In this document: positions 1-12,328 of the stretch, piece after piece | Layout: each line of letters opens with the position of its first letter | Numbering within the stretch: position 1 is the first letter of the stretch | Source: Microthyrium microscopicum | Taxonomy: Eukaryota | Reading direction: 5' to 3' | NCBI GenBank assembly: GCA_010405405.1 | Contig: MU004231.1 | Location: 3,404,401 to 3,468,400, forward strand | DNA: 64,000 nt | Notes under the pieces: generated by a model | The model's database searches: none | Told to the model about the DNA's origin: nothing | The model's input: only the letters and a program-made list of their open reading frames with translations | Program-made: the position numbers and the translations under genes

Positions 1-916
1 TAACTTCACGTTCTTCTGCAATTTAGAACTCGGGAAATTCATTCACACATGGATGGTGAAGTAGGTAATGAAGTTACTGTAGAGACTTCTTCCGTACTCC
101 ATTCTCTATGCCATGAGCAATCTATGTGAATTCTTGAATCTGTTTTTGAGACTGCTTGCCGAAAGCATGCCTGGTTCTTGCCCGCTTGGAAGTAACGAAA
201 AGTACCTAGGTACATTTCGATTGCATATAAACCAATGCTACCAATAACAGCAACATTTGCTCTCCATCATACTCGATCAGACCACTTTAGTTGGCAAGAG
301 TTGAGTGGACTTTCGTTGGGGGCTCTGCCTCGCTACTTCTTCCTCAAAACAACCTATCTTCACTGCTTTCCTCGTTTCTATGCAGGACTGATGCTATACG
401 GGCCATCTCTGCATATTCCCTCGATAACAGTTCCATTTGCAACATAAATACGCTGCGGACAGATATACCGACAGAATCTCTACTTAGAGTTATTTGGCTA
501 ATGCGTTAGGACTGGTTTGAATTTTTCATGCAGTCCAGAATAAGGACGCGATGTCTATCTTAGAGACAATTGATGCCGCCGACCCCATATTAGCTTCGTG
601 AGTCGCATCATAAGTACCTAGGTACCTAGGTATGTGAGGAGTCGTGTCTGGGAGCCTTGGCTACGATTGGACTGTCCCGGTGGTTACTCATTGCTAGTCG
701 TCTGTTCTGAAGACCTTCAAGTAAATAGCAGATTGTGAGATCATGCTCAGAGTGCGTATAGGTTAACTTCGTCCAATTCTGTCACCAGTATGCCTCTTTT
801 GTCTAAAGATCAATCGTTTCGTAGTATGCAAATGTAGGTAGTCTATCTATATTTATCTTCGATTCCCAGTGCTGGCAAAAGTTTGTCTCCGAAACACTGA
901 TTTCTCGGCTGGACTT

Positions 917-2011
917 TCACAGTTTCCATACTTCCTCATGCTTCTTGGCAAGGTAGATAGTCTGGAAATGAAACCTATCTCTTAAGGACTCTTGACTAAC
1001 TGATTGCAATGAAGACTTTCTGATAAATGCGCCAGGAGGATACCCTAGTAACGGAAGCGTAATGAGATATGACGGACGTGAGGTGCGACAGCAGTTCAAA
1101 ATTGCCTCCCACTGTGAGGCATCTGACTTCCGAATTAATTGTAGGCGTATGCGAAGACCTTTGTTGGTCAACTCGAATGGCTCATCCACCCAGTTGCAAG
1201 GAACAATGTCCGCACTTGCCTTGAAACATACTGGTGACTGTGCAAAGACTCCGAGGAGAGGTAGAGGTTCCGGATTTGACATATATTGTGCAGACCAGGC
1301 AAAAATGCTTTGATCACGGGACGCTTGTATGATGTTTTCTTGAAGGCGAATAAATGCTTTAGCTAGCCCTTCTCCATAAAGAAGCGGCAGAGTGCAGTCA
1401 AATATTCCCAGTAGGCAGTATGCAGTGTCTTCTGGTTTTGTTGTTTGTCTGGTAGAGGCCCAAGACATACGTTTTGCAATACTCTTCTCATACAGAAACG
1501 AGCTTCCAGTAAGCAACACATCTTCATCAATTTTTGTGATTTTGTAAATGTTTTTCACTAGACTCTTTCGAGTACCAAACTCTTTCCATTCTCCAGAGTA
1601 GAAGCGTACAGTAGAAGGGGCTATCAGTTCCTGCAATGTCCATCCGCGAGTGAACCAGCGACTTTTGTCGAGTGAGCTTGGGTCAGCCTCATCATAGTCT
1701 TCGAGATAAGCATAACAGACAGCCGATTTCTTGTACCACTGAAACATGGAGTTGATAGCTTCAGAAAGCTCTGCGCTGGAACTTTTGTCGATTGTGCAAG
1801 TGTCGATCCAGGCATAGGAATAACCTTCGTCAGCGGCAATCTGGCAGCACTTGACGATCTTTTGATATCCTTGCTTTTCTTGACCAGTTCCATCTCTCAT
1901 CTCAGCATAGCTGACCTCTTCTGGACCCCATGTGTGCGAGAGAATGGCGTAGGCTGGGGCCTCTCCCAGAAAATACTCTAGCTGGAGGGTCTTAGTATTG
2001 ATTAGACGCAT
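917..2011 (-). CDS. HET-domain (heterokaryon incompatibility, HET-E-like N-terminus) protein, 364 aa, no NACHT or repeat domain
   Basis: MRLINT...YAILSHTWG.EEV, WIDTCTIDKSSSAELSEAINSMFQWY, SRWFTRGWTLQELIAP, RMSWAS.RQTT..ED.AYCLLGIF...LPLLYGEG are characteristic of fungal HET-domain proteins. Confidence 0.93.
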   Translation of the reverse strand: MRLINTKTLQLEYFLGEAPAYAILSHTWGPEEVSYAEMRDGTGQEKQGYQKIVKCCQIAADEGYSYAWIDTCTIDKSSSAELSEAINSMFQWYKKSAVCYAYLEDYDEADPSSLDKSRWFTRGWTLQELIAPSTVRFYSGEWKEFGTRKSLVKNIYKITKIDEDVLLTGSSFLYEKSIAKRMSWASTRQTTKPEDTAYCLLGIFDCTLPLLYGEGLAKAFIRLQENIIQASRDQSIFAWSAQYMSNPEPLPLLGVFAQSPVCFKASADIVPCNWVDEPFELTNKGLRIRLQLIRKSDASQWEAILNCCRTSRPSYLITLPLLGYPPGAFIRKSSLQSVSQESLRDRFHFQTIYLAKKHEEVWKL

Positions 2012-3466
2012 GGGCTTGAACGGCGTATAGAATGCTCTACTTCATAGTAGCAAGAGGCGAAAGTTGATAAATTTTTACGAAGATAGACCAGGCCATCTAG
2101 GCATCAGCCCGATCTTGGTAGGCTGAAGCATTCTGCAACCTCGTTCGGTGCCGCCTTTTTGGAAAGCACGCGCAGGAATACCAGCTACAAAGTACGTGAT
2201 TGGAGCCAGGCTTGTGGTTTTCTTTTACTTGTGCAGACATACGAATCATCATAAGTGACTTGCATATATAAGTGCATCACCATTACGCCTTTTTGAGGAA
2301 ATTTAAATAGATCGTATCGCTAGTAGTATGACCTTCTGAAAACAATAGATAATACAGAGCTATTGACACTCGTAGTTTAATCATTCAATAGGTAGTTCTT
2401 GAACTTTGAGGAATGCTGTAGGGATCTTCACCGAGCATCTCGAGTTACGACTCATGTGGTGCAACCATGGCGAAAGATTCTAAGGAGAGTTGTTGAGAAG
2501 TTGAGACTCTATTGCAATCCCGCTTGCGCTCATTGAGGTTATGGTAGAAGTGCAAATAGCATTACATAGTCGCTCCCGACGTTTGCGACCAGTCTGTTGA
2601 TCCGCTGACCAACTGCATTCGACGTGATAGGCCGGCTTTAGACAACCTTGTGGGATATCTATCTCTGAATGCTCAAAAGGAAGCCGTGGTGAACATCAAA
2701 ACCAAAAGTGGGGTAAGACTTCGGAACGGATCGTAAGCGGGCGACGACCCTTGAGTGTTTTATTGGTGTTGAGTAATAGCTGATCTGCTTCATGTTGCAC
2801 ACCTACTAGGCAAGATAAGGATTGAGGAAGCACTGCTCCTCTTTAGTCGTGGGTTGGAGAGCCAACTATTGGCTGATTTGCCTTGACTTGTAAGGCTGAA
2901 TGGGGGAACAACTTCTAGTGAGCTTGAGAATCAATGACTCTTCGTTTCAAGTAATTGAACATGTGCGCACAACTCACGATTTCTCTCTTTTTTCCCTTGC
3001 GATAAATTGCTGATAGGCTGGTAACAATTGTATTGGAGCAGCGGGTATGAGAGGGCGGTGAGAAAACTACTTCTCGAGAGAAAGTCAAGGATAGACGGGA
3101 GGCCTAACCAATCTTCTTGCAGCGCTTGGTCTAGTTGCTGAACGAACTTACGCTTTCGTACATGAATGACAGCTCAAGAGTCATTGTTGTGACACGAAAG
3201 GGTTACTTAGACTCTCTCTAATTGCTCACCATGGAATGCGGAAAATGTGTATTAAACAAAATATCGTACAAATATTGGAACATAGCATATGCTGCGAAGG
3301 GGAAATCTAGTAATGTTTAGTAGTGCTCAAAACAGACTGGCACTCCACATACGATGCTGCGGTAGACAAGAAACAAAATAAGAAATAATGGAAGCTGAAC
3401 AGGTAGACAAACATGATCCATCCAAAGTTAATGCGTCCAGAGTATTATCCATACGCAAGGATATGT

Positions 3467-5344
3467 TTATGCTGACATGGAGCCTATTGATGAACCGGCG
3501 AGTGAGTCTCGGAAACGAGTCAGAGCAGCATAATCTGTCTCCCAAGCCTGGCGAAAGGGTTCTGATCGAAGCAGAAATCGAAATTCTGCAGTTTCTAGTG
3601 GGCTTCCCCTAAGACAACGGTTGAGCATGGCCTCTTCCATATGTGAAGAAAATAGTTTGTGTAGTAGCCATTTGTTGATTCTCTCATGCGTTCCATTGAA
3701 ACTGCTCAGAAGAGAGGCATCGTCCTGGAATACGTAGTCATCTATCAGAGACCTTGCGTCTGGGAGTTTCGAGAAAGGCTCAACTTCAGCTCGTGTTGAC
3801 TTCGACCCCATCTCAAGCCAGGTAAACTCGTTCCATTGCCGCGACCCCGGGTACTCAATGTCTGGAACCATATGCTTCAATATGCTAGGATGTATGTCAG
3901 TACTGGAGGATCGATAGGCCTCGTTATCGTCCCATCTAAACACGCCAGGCTGCAGATGACTGCGTAGACTTGGTGTGGGCATACGAACAGTACTTGGAAC
4001 CACTTGAGTCGGCTCTGTTTGATGTATGGCGCCAATGTAACTTGAAAATTTGTTTCCACTATCTTGCAACGAAGGCTTCAGAGCCACAGCCATATTGGAC
4101 GCATTGGAGCTATTGAGCGCTGAGCCATCGTCTTGGGAATGCGCCACTGATGAGAATATGGGCAGGTTGAAAGTCTCTGACGCTGGTCCAACGTCTGTCT
4201 CAAATGAAAAGTCTGAGGAAGTAGACTCTGATGAGCTATACCATGGATCATCCAAATTTTCAGAATAAGTGGCTTGAATCCGCTCCTGGAGCGTGGTACC
4301 TCCATCCAGTAAATCTAGCTCAAGCTTGCGTATATCAAATGATGTTCGATCAATCTCATCGTCGATTGGCCCAACTTCATCTCTAGCTGCTTGTTTCGCT
4401 TCAAAAACCCTTCGAAATTCATTCGAGTCTAGAGCAGTATTGTTAGTTGAGCTTTGCTGCATGAGATGAAGCATTTCGGTGTCAAGAAGTGCGATGTTGT
4501 CTTGCATTAATTTACGTTGCCGATGAAGCTGGTCCATGAAGGTTCGTAAGGAAATGACTCGTCTCTGTGCAAACACAAACTTCTTTATCAACCGAGTGTC
4601 TTCAAGAGGTAGCGCACGGGGAGGATCAGCGGCAGAGATCTGTTTCGTTGCAAGTAGTGGAGCAGTGGTAGCATCCGCAAGGGCTAAATCCAGAAGATTT
4701 TTGATCTCGTGGCCTGCAACTTCATCGCCAGAGAAGAGAGCATCCTTAGGCTCGACAATCTGTGAAGCACTTTCTCCAAATATTTTGTCATCATGAAATC
4801 CAGCATGTGAAGAGCGGTCTTGTCCTAATTCTTTCCCGCCAGACAAGCTAGCCACAGGCGTCGAAGGACCATCATCATTATTGCCGTCTAGGCTTGCTGT
4901 ATCAACGGAGTCCTGACACAGTATCGAAGCGGGACGAGCGGCAGTAATCTGACCATCTACTGTCCTTGTAATGAGAGACGGAGCTGGTTTCGATGGGGCA
5001 CCTCTGGAAGAATGGTCGGATAAATGGGAACTGGTTGATGAGTCCACAGTCGAACAGCGAGGTGAAGGTAGGAGTGGCCAGCTGTAATCGCTTTGTGTAC
5101 CGGGCAACAAAGTATTAGGAGTAGTGGCTAATGATTTAGAACGTGGTTTGGAGGATATAGCCACATCTTTAATTGGTATGAACAATGTAGTTTGACTCCT
5201 TGAGTGGGGCGCGCCCCTCCGTCGATCAAATCGTTTGGGTTGCGCGTTTGACGAGGTGTGGTTTGGTGTTGATGCGACGGGGCTTTTAGGAGATGTATGG
5301 GATCTTGTTCCTGGTTGCGATGTGGGTGCCTTTCTGCCCCCCAT
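3467..5344 (-). CDS. Hypothetical protein: Ser/Pro-rich N-terminus, coiled-coil middle, RINKWLLHKL motif near C-terminus
   Basis: Uninterrupted ~625-codon ORF; first ATG at 5344 (MGGRK); no family recognised. Confidence 0.7.
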   Translation of the reverse strand: MGGRKAPTSQPGTRSHTSPKSPVASTPNHTSSNAQPKRFDRRRGAPHSRSQTTLFIPIKDVAISSKPRSKSLATTPNTLLPGTQSDYSWPLLPSPRCSTVDSSTSSHLSDHSSRGAPSKPAPSLITRTVDGQITAARPASILCQDSVDTASLDGNNDDGPSTPVASLSGGKELGQDRSSHAGFHDDKIFGESASQIVEPKDALFSGDEVAGHEIKNLLDLALADATTAPLLATKQISAADPPRALPLEDTRLIKKFVFAQRRVISLRTFMDQLHRQRKLMQDNIALLDTEMLHLMQQSSTNNTALDSNEFRRVFEAKQAARDEVGPIDDEIDRTSFDIRKLELDLLDGGTTLQERIQATYSENLDDPWYSSSESTSSDFSFETDVGPASETFNLPIFSSVAHSQDDGSALNSSNASNMAVALKPSLQDSGNKFSSYIGAIHQTEPTQVVPSTVRMPTPSLRSHLQPGVFRWDDNEAYRSSSTDIHPSILKHMVPDIEYPGSRQWNEFTWLEMGSKSTRAEVEPFSKLPDARSLIDDYVFQDDASLLSSFNGTHERINKWLLHKLFSSHMEEAMLNRCLRGSPLETAEFRFLLRSEPFRQAWETDYAALTRFRDSLAGSSIGSMSA

Positions 5345-6999
5345 ACTCACTGCTGAGACTACATCGATGTCTGCTATTTAGAAAACCCAACAGCAAGCTT
5401 GACATAACCAAGCCAGTTCAGCGATTGTAAAATGGATGCACCAGGCCGCCCGAGAGTAAAATGAGGACGACACAGATGGGTAAGTGTCCAGATTAAAGGA
5501 CAGAACGAATAGAGTGCTTCCTTCATGTCTTTTGGTTGCCTTCTTTCGAATCAGGACGTGACAAGGCAACCAAAAATACGACGCGAGAAGCCGTGTTTTT
5601 CCGGCGTTTATGCAACGACCCCCAAACAATTTGATCCCTCGCTTTGACCTTGCAGGACGACCCCATCCTGTTGGACGCTCAATTTCCGGACGTTCGACCG
5701 GGAGAAATCTGATAGGCCCCAGGATTTCAGGAGCAGTGCGTATACCGGGCGAAATACATCTTGCCCAGCCAACTCAGGATGTCTACCTCCTCTAAGCAAT
5801 GGGCTCTGGATCCACGCACTATTAATCGCGACAAGAAGGCGTTCAGATAGGATCAAAAGAGCATGGATTACATGCAGGTATTCTGAGAGAAAAGAGTGTC
5901 TCAAGTCTAAGCGATCTAAGTTGATCGCTGTCATCGTTCTTGGGGGCATCCTATAAACTTCACTTAAGCTGTGCAGGAAAGGCTCACGAGGTTAACCGCG
6001 GACCAATAACCAAGTGGTGCAAGCATCGCTGCTGGCTGCTCTTCCGTGGCTCCCTAGGAATAAATACACGGATATTCCCATGTCCTAAACAGACGCCCTG
6101 CATCAGACCTGGGTCTTTTGGACTTTCAAGATGTGCACTTGATACCTCTCTCAGATAGGGTTAGTGCGGCTCAAAATGACTGGAGGACTTAAGATTGGAA
6201 TTGGTTCATTGGAGCATAAATACCGAAAACTTCTGTTAAAACGCATTATGCTAGCGTGCCTATTTAGATTAGATAAGGCTTTTTAGCTTGCGCTAGAAGG
6301 GGCAAAAAGGGTTAGGAAGAGTATTAATAGGGATAATTCTCTTCTAAATATAGATTACTTACCGTATTAACTTATTTATTAATCCTTATAAAAGCGGATA
6401 GAGATATAAAAAAGGCTTCTAAGAAACTCTTTTTAAGCTAATAACCTTAAGTTCTTAAAGCCTCTATTATAATTATTAGCCTATATAACGTCTTTATTTA
6501 GAGAATATATTATAATATAAGATAGAATTTTAAAAAAGGGAAAGATTAAAAGAATAAAGAAAAATAATTACTTTAGATAGTAATTATAAGTACTTAATCT
6601 TTTCTTATTTTCTAATAAGGACCTTAATTACTTATTAAAATAGTAAGTCTTTCTACTCTATCTTCTTAAAAAATATAAGTAAAGGAGTTTTAGCTTCTAA
6701 TAAGAATACCTACTATAAGAGTCTTTTAGAATACTTTAAATTATTACTAATATCTAAGTTATTTATATTTTAAGACATAGAAAACTCTAGCTATAGTAGT
6801 TATAGATATAATTAGTAGTAAAACTCTTATACTAGTAAAGAGAATAGAGAAGAAAGAATATTAATAGAGTATAAAAGAGTAAATCTTTATGCTTAGCTAG
6901 CAACTTGCTTAATAAATTTAGGCTTCTAGTAAATACCTTTTAGCTAAGTAAAGACTAAGTCTTAGTTACTAAATAGATAAAGATATAGAATAACTCTAC

Positions 7000-8480
7000 T
7001 AACCTACTAATTTTATAAAGATAGCTAGATATTTTAAAATATTTTTATTAACTATTTAATGCTAGTATTACTAATAAATACTTTTAAACTAGGTTCTAAA
7101 TAGAGATAAACGTATTAATTAGACTAAGTAAGAGTTCTTCTCTTCTTTAGAAAAAGCTGTTTATAATATATTTATTTAGAAGATAACTAAAGACTATAGA
7201 GTTTCTATTAATTAGTTTAAATATAAAATTTAATAATAATAAGCTATTCTTTATACTAATTAAATTAGTAATAGCTCCTTTTTAGTAAGGCTAAACCTCT
7301 TAGCTAACTAGTACTAGCTATTCTTTTAATAATATAACATTATCTAGCGCAAAGTAGTAACCTACGTTACTTAGAAAAGGCTTCCTAATTAGAGGAACTA
7401 AATAGCTTCTTTTTACTTTTTTATTAGATAAGTCTAGCATAGTATTATTACTTCCTAAGGAGTTTATTTAAATTTATCTTAACTAAAAGATATTCTATTA
7501 TATAGTCTAATACTAGATTACTTTAAGTATAATATTAATAAAATACCTATAGGCTATAAGTATCTTACTAGCTAGGTTTATACTAAAAAAGGAGTATAAA
7601 TAGTAATCTAAACTACTACTTAGAATAGCTAGGAGAAGAGATAATTTATAGTTATACTATATATCTTTACTAATAGTATATAATAAGTTAAGCCCTTAAT
7701 TATCTTTAAAGAAAAGCTAATAAACGAAACTAGCTAAATTTTTAATAAGGAAGGCAAAAACTATTTAGATAAAGTTATTATTAAGTTTAATCTAACTACC
7801 TAGAGAAATAAGAAGTTAATTCTAGAGTAGCTAAATAAGTAATACTTGCTAATTATTAAAGATTATATTCATTAGTAACTATAACGCTATAAAGAAGCAA
7901 GAGATTCTTCTTTATAGCAAAAGGCTATTCATAATGCCTTTCTTAAGTTTAAAACTCTATTTAATAAATATAATACTTAGGTTTAAGATACTTCTTAACT
8001 AAAAGATTGCCTTATTATAATTAGTATATTTACTATTCTAGCTTACTACTTACTAGAATCTTTCTTAGTTATAGACTACGCTTCTTTTTATAAAGGTCCT
8101 AAAGTTAAGTAATAGTATTAATTTTATTAGACTATTATTTATATTATTCTCCCTAGAATAACTTCCTTATTATAATCTCTAAATATTAGCTATAATAAGC
8201 TTTTTAAGGCTAAAGTTATAGACTTTATAGAAGAATAGGCCTATAATAATAATCTAAATATAGATATTACTAACTAGGAAGTTAGACCTTGCTATATTCT
8301 AATTACCTTTATTATTACTAAAGTAGATAAGATATTATATATAGATAAGAAAAAGATAATTCTTTAGTTTTTTAAATATACTAGTATTTTAATTCTAGCT
8401 AATAGCTTAGGTAATCTTATATAACTAAGTATTAAAGATATTACGCCTAGGGAGCTAGACTTCTTAGACTAGAGAACTAT
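7000..8480 (+). pseudogene. RIP-inactivated Pogo-type DDE_1 transposase (boundaries approximate)
   Basis: After reverting C>T/G>A, one frame reads YNI(DET)P at ~7528, (G)WEKRQ..V.L.IF(ADG)...KPLIIFK at ~7625-7710, LV(M)D.ASF(H)K at ~8065 and I(P)P(G).TSLL(QP)L(DV)SYNK(P)FK at ~8146-8208. Confidence 0.88.
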
Positions 8481-8709
8481 TCTTTCTTATTATTATTAAG
8501 ATGAGGAACCTAAGTAGAATCCTTTTATACTTTATAGTAATTAACTAACTAAAGACTTTTATCTAGAAGATGATAATAATAAGGATACTCTAGTAGATTT
8601 AAGAGCACTAATTCTCTTTGCTAACTAGTAAGTATTATTCTTAGATAATACTAAAGAATCTATCTCTTATAAGAATAGCACCTTAGTAGATCTAATTTCT
8701 TTTAATAAT

Positions 8710-8790
8710 AATAAGCTAGTTAATAAGCCTATTAATAAGCCTATTAAAGAGCCTATTAAAAAGCTCGTTAAAGAGCCTATTAATAAGCCT
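8710..8790 (+). repeat. 12-bp tandem repeat (aataagcctatt/aaagagcctatt), probably a former DEPV/EEPV coding repeat
   Basis: About 6-7 degenerate 12-mers; they appear to lie in the transposase frame. Confidence 0.75.
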
Positions 8791-9135
8791 AATACTAAAC
8801 TATTACTAAATTTCTAGTAGTTATTTACTAATGCTAATATTAACCTTAACTTATTTAATAATCTTTAAGAACTTACCTTTAAAATAGCTATAGCTAAATT
8901 TAGTCTACTTATTACTATTAAGGGAAAAAAATAGAAGAAATAACTAGCAAAATATAAAGTACTAGCAAAATATAAGGTACTAGTAAAAGAGTCTACTACT
9001 TAACTAGCTACGAAAAGGGCTAAAAAGGCTTCTAAAAAATTAATATCTACGTATATATATAAGGGTAGCTAATCCTAACCTTTTATAATTCCTAATGACG
9101 ATATTACTACTTTATCTTAAACTAGTTTTTAGGCT

Positions 9136-9228
9136 TCTCTCTAGTTAGGTCCTCTTTAGCTAAGTTCTCTCTAGCTAAGTTCTCTCTAGCTAGCTCCTCT
9201 CTAGCTAGCTCCTCTTTAACTAGCTCTT
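9136..9228 (+). repeat. 15-bp tandem repeat (tctctctagctaagt/cctctctagctagct)
   Basis: About 6 degenerate 15-mers visible directly. Confidence 0.75.
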
Positions 9229-11383
9229 TACTAGATAAATATATCTTTAGTAGTCCTCCCTTAACTATCTCTTCGTTAGTTAGCTAACTTTTAATTAAAT
9301 ATAGCTTTACCTCTAGTTCTAAATAGCTCTTAGCCCTTATCTTCCTATACTCTATAGAGTTATATACTAATAGTTAGCTCCTAATTCTAGCTAATAATAT
9401 ATTACTCTTTATTATATTAGTAGCTTACTAATAACTAGAACTATACTATAGGTAATAGGTTACCTAAAGGATATTATCCTACCTCGTTTTATTTATAGAG
9501 CTTAAACTAGTTACTTTAAGAAATATACGTAACTAGTTATTAAGCGCTTATTTAATAGGCTAATAATCTTATTCTTAAATCTAACTATAGTAGATAGTAT
9601 AATTATTATTAATAGAACTAGTTAAATAAATTATAATTCTATATTTAATCCTTATATGCTTATTAGTAGTTACTTGCTATAGTAGAAAGTATTTATTATT
9701 AATATAAAATATATATAAAGGAGTATAATTATAGGTTATATCTAGCTAATTTAATTTTATATAAGTTTTTAAGAGCTAGGAATACCTATAAATAATTTTG
9801 CATCTACTTTACCTACTTCTTATAATTAATGCTATTAAATCTACGTTCCTATTAATTAAGTTAGTAAAGAACTAATAATAGAGAGATTAATAAACGTTAA
9901 TAAATCTAAAGCTAAGATTAGTCCTAAAAAGAGCTAGGGAAGGATACTTTAGGAAACCTAGAAAGAGAAAGAAAAGAAGCCTTAGAATTATCTTATAAAG
10001 CTAATCTTAAAAAATATTCTATATAAATTATAAATTTAGTCTAGAACGTAAAGTATCTAAAGTTAGTAAGTTAAAGGAAATTTATTATATAATTATAGGT
10101 ACTTAGTAATTAGCAGAAGAGCTAAAGAACTATATAAGTTTAAACTAATAATTAGTCTAGAAATCCGCCTTAGTACGGAACGTTTATATTAAGATCTAAT
10201 AACTTCTATATTTACTAGTATTAAGATTAGTATTTTACTATTCTTATCTTTTCTCTTTTATTAAGGACATAAATAACGTAAAACGTTAATATTTCTACTT
10301 ACTCCCTTAAAGACCTTAGTATAGGTCTATAATTCTTAGTAATAGTTTATATAAAGTAACGTAAAATATAAAGGAGCCCTTCTTAGTATAATACGTAAAG
10401 TACTACTATCTACTAATTCTTATAATTACTACTTTATATATTTATATTCTTATTCTAAGTTTTATAATTATAACGTTTAGCTGCTAAGGAATATATAATA
10501 TTTAAATACTTAGTATATTATATATGCTTAGATAGACTTATAAATATAAAAAGTATCTACTAGCTTAAAATATTTAATTATATTCTAATATCTAAATTAA
10601 ATAAAAAGCCTTTCTTAATTCTTTCTATTTATAAATATAAGTCCTTAGTATAAGTATAATACTAAAGTATAGACTACCTAATTATTATATATTTATAAAA
10701 GAATTATACTTTAAATTAAGACCTTAAAACTAATATTAACTTAATAAAGACTAATAAATCTATTATAAGTATAATACTAATTAAAGTATAGATCTTTAAC
10801 TTCTTATATTAGTATAATAATAAGTTTATATAAAGCTTTTTAGTATATTACTTTATTTACGTTTTACTTTTAGATTAACGTATTCTATATTACTACTAAA
10901 CTAGTATTATAAGTAGTTTCTAAATACTTAGATAGCCTTAAAAAGATAATAAGTAAGACTAAACTAATCCTAGTTATTACTTTATAAGTATCTAAAGGAA
11001 TTAAGCTAAAGATAGCTATTAATTTTAAATTATATTAAAATATATTTTAAAACTAGCATCTATAGCTATATAGCTATAGATATAGAATTATAGTTACTAA
11101 ATTTACTAGAAATACTAACTTTAATACTTATATTATAGTTCTTTTTATCTTAAACTTACGTTATAAATAAGTAAGAACTAGTAATTTCTATAGCTTTCCT
11201 TTCTAATAACTAAGGCTACTAATATTAGTACTATTTACTAATCCTTTTTATCTATAACGTATATTATAAAGTACTAATAATTAATAAATTCCTAATACTT
11301 TTATCTTTAATAATTATTTACTAAGTATCTAGAAACTAAATAATAAAAAGAAAAAAATAAACTAATATTTATTTCTTTAAGGA

Positions 11384-11602
11384 ATATGTCGCCCCTATAT
11401 TTTATACTTAAAAACTAAGTAAAAATAAACCCTTATAAAATCTTTAGATATGCCGCCCCTATATTTTATACTTAGAAACTAAGTAAAAATAAACCTTTAT
11501 AAAATCTCTAGATATACCGCCTCTATATTTTATACTTAGAAACTAAGTAAAAATAAACCTTTATAAAATCTCTAGATATATCGCTTTTATATTTTATACT
11601 TA
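11384..11602. repeat. 64-bp tandem repeat, ~3.4 copies
   Basis: Unit atatgccgcccctatattttatacttagaaactaagtaaaaataaacctttataaaatctctag starts at 11384, 11448, 11512 and 11576. Confidence 0.92.
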
Positions 11603-12328
11603 AGTAGACTTAATGTAAATAGAAAGTACTAAAATATAATTTTATTTTATCTTTTAAGATAAATAAAATATAACTAATATAGAGTATTTATAATACTTAT
11701 AAGTAGAACTAAACTACTTTTTTCTTAAGTAGTTTTACTACTTACTTAGGTAGATTTAATTATTAAAGATTAATATATTACCTAGTAATCTTATAAAGAA
11801 AGTAGAATAAAATATAGTCCTAATATTAATATTAAGCTAACTAATAAAAGTTAACTAATAAGAAAATAACTTTTAAGAAAAAGTATTTCTTATAAAAATA
11901 TAAATATTTATTTCTAAGCTACCTTAAAAGGGTAAACTATAAAATATATTATATTCTTTACTAAAGACTCTAAAAAAGTTTTAGAAGTAATCTAGTAGCT
12001 AATATTATTAGGCTAGCTAGATAGTAGATTCTTATCTACTTCTTATATAAAGCTTTATAATTATATTAACTATAAGCTATATATAAAATCTAACTTAATA
12101 ATAAACTATTCTAAACTTAGGTCTAGTTTATAGTAACTAGTCTAGCTAATGCTAGATCTAGTAGAAATATATCTAATCTCTAAAAAATTAAGACTTAGTA
12201 AATATATCTCTAAACTATAGCTAAGAATAGAATTTACTTAAGAATTAACTAGAATTACTATAAGAATTAGTAAGTATAATTACTAATCTTATAAAATCCT
12301 AGCTAAATTCTTATCTTTTTTATAAAGT

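Noticed and set aside
203..632. gtacctaggtac palindromes at ~203 and ~614
   Set aside because: Short intergenic motif with no associated element structure
10800..11240. Ulp1/C48 protease-like remnants in the Pogo cargo (de-RIPed WYNDEF at ~10810, HW at ~11223)
   Set aside because: The motifs need several assumed reversions, lie in different frames, and no catalytic Q..DCG was seen; this cannot be supported without a consensus
11384..11602. CRISPR-like array
   Set aside because: Contiguous tandem units without unique spacers, in a eukaryotic transposon
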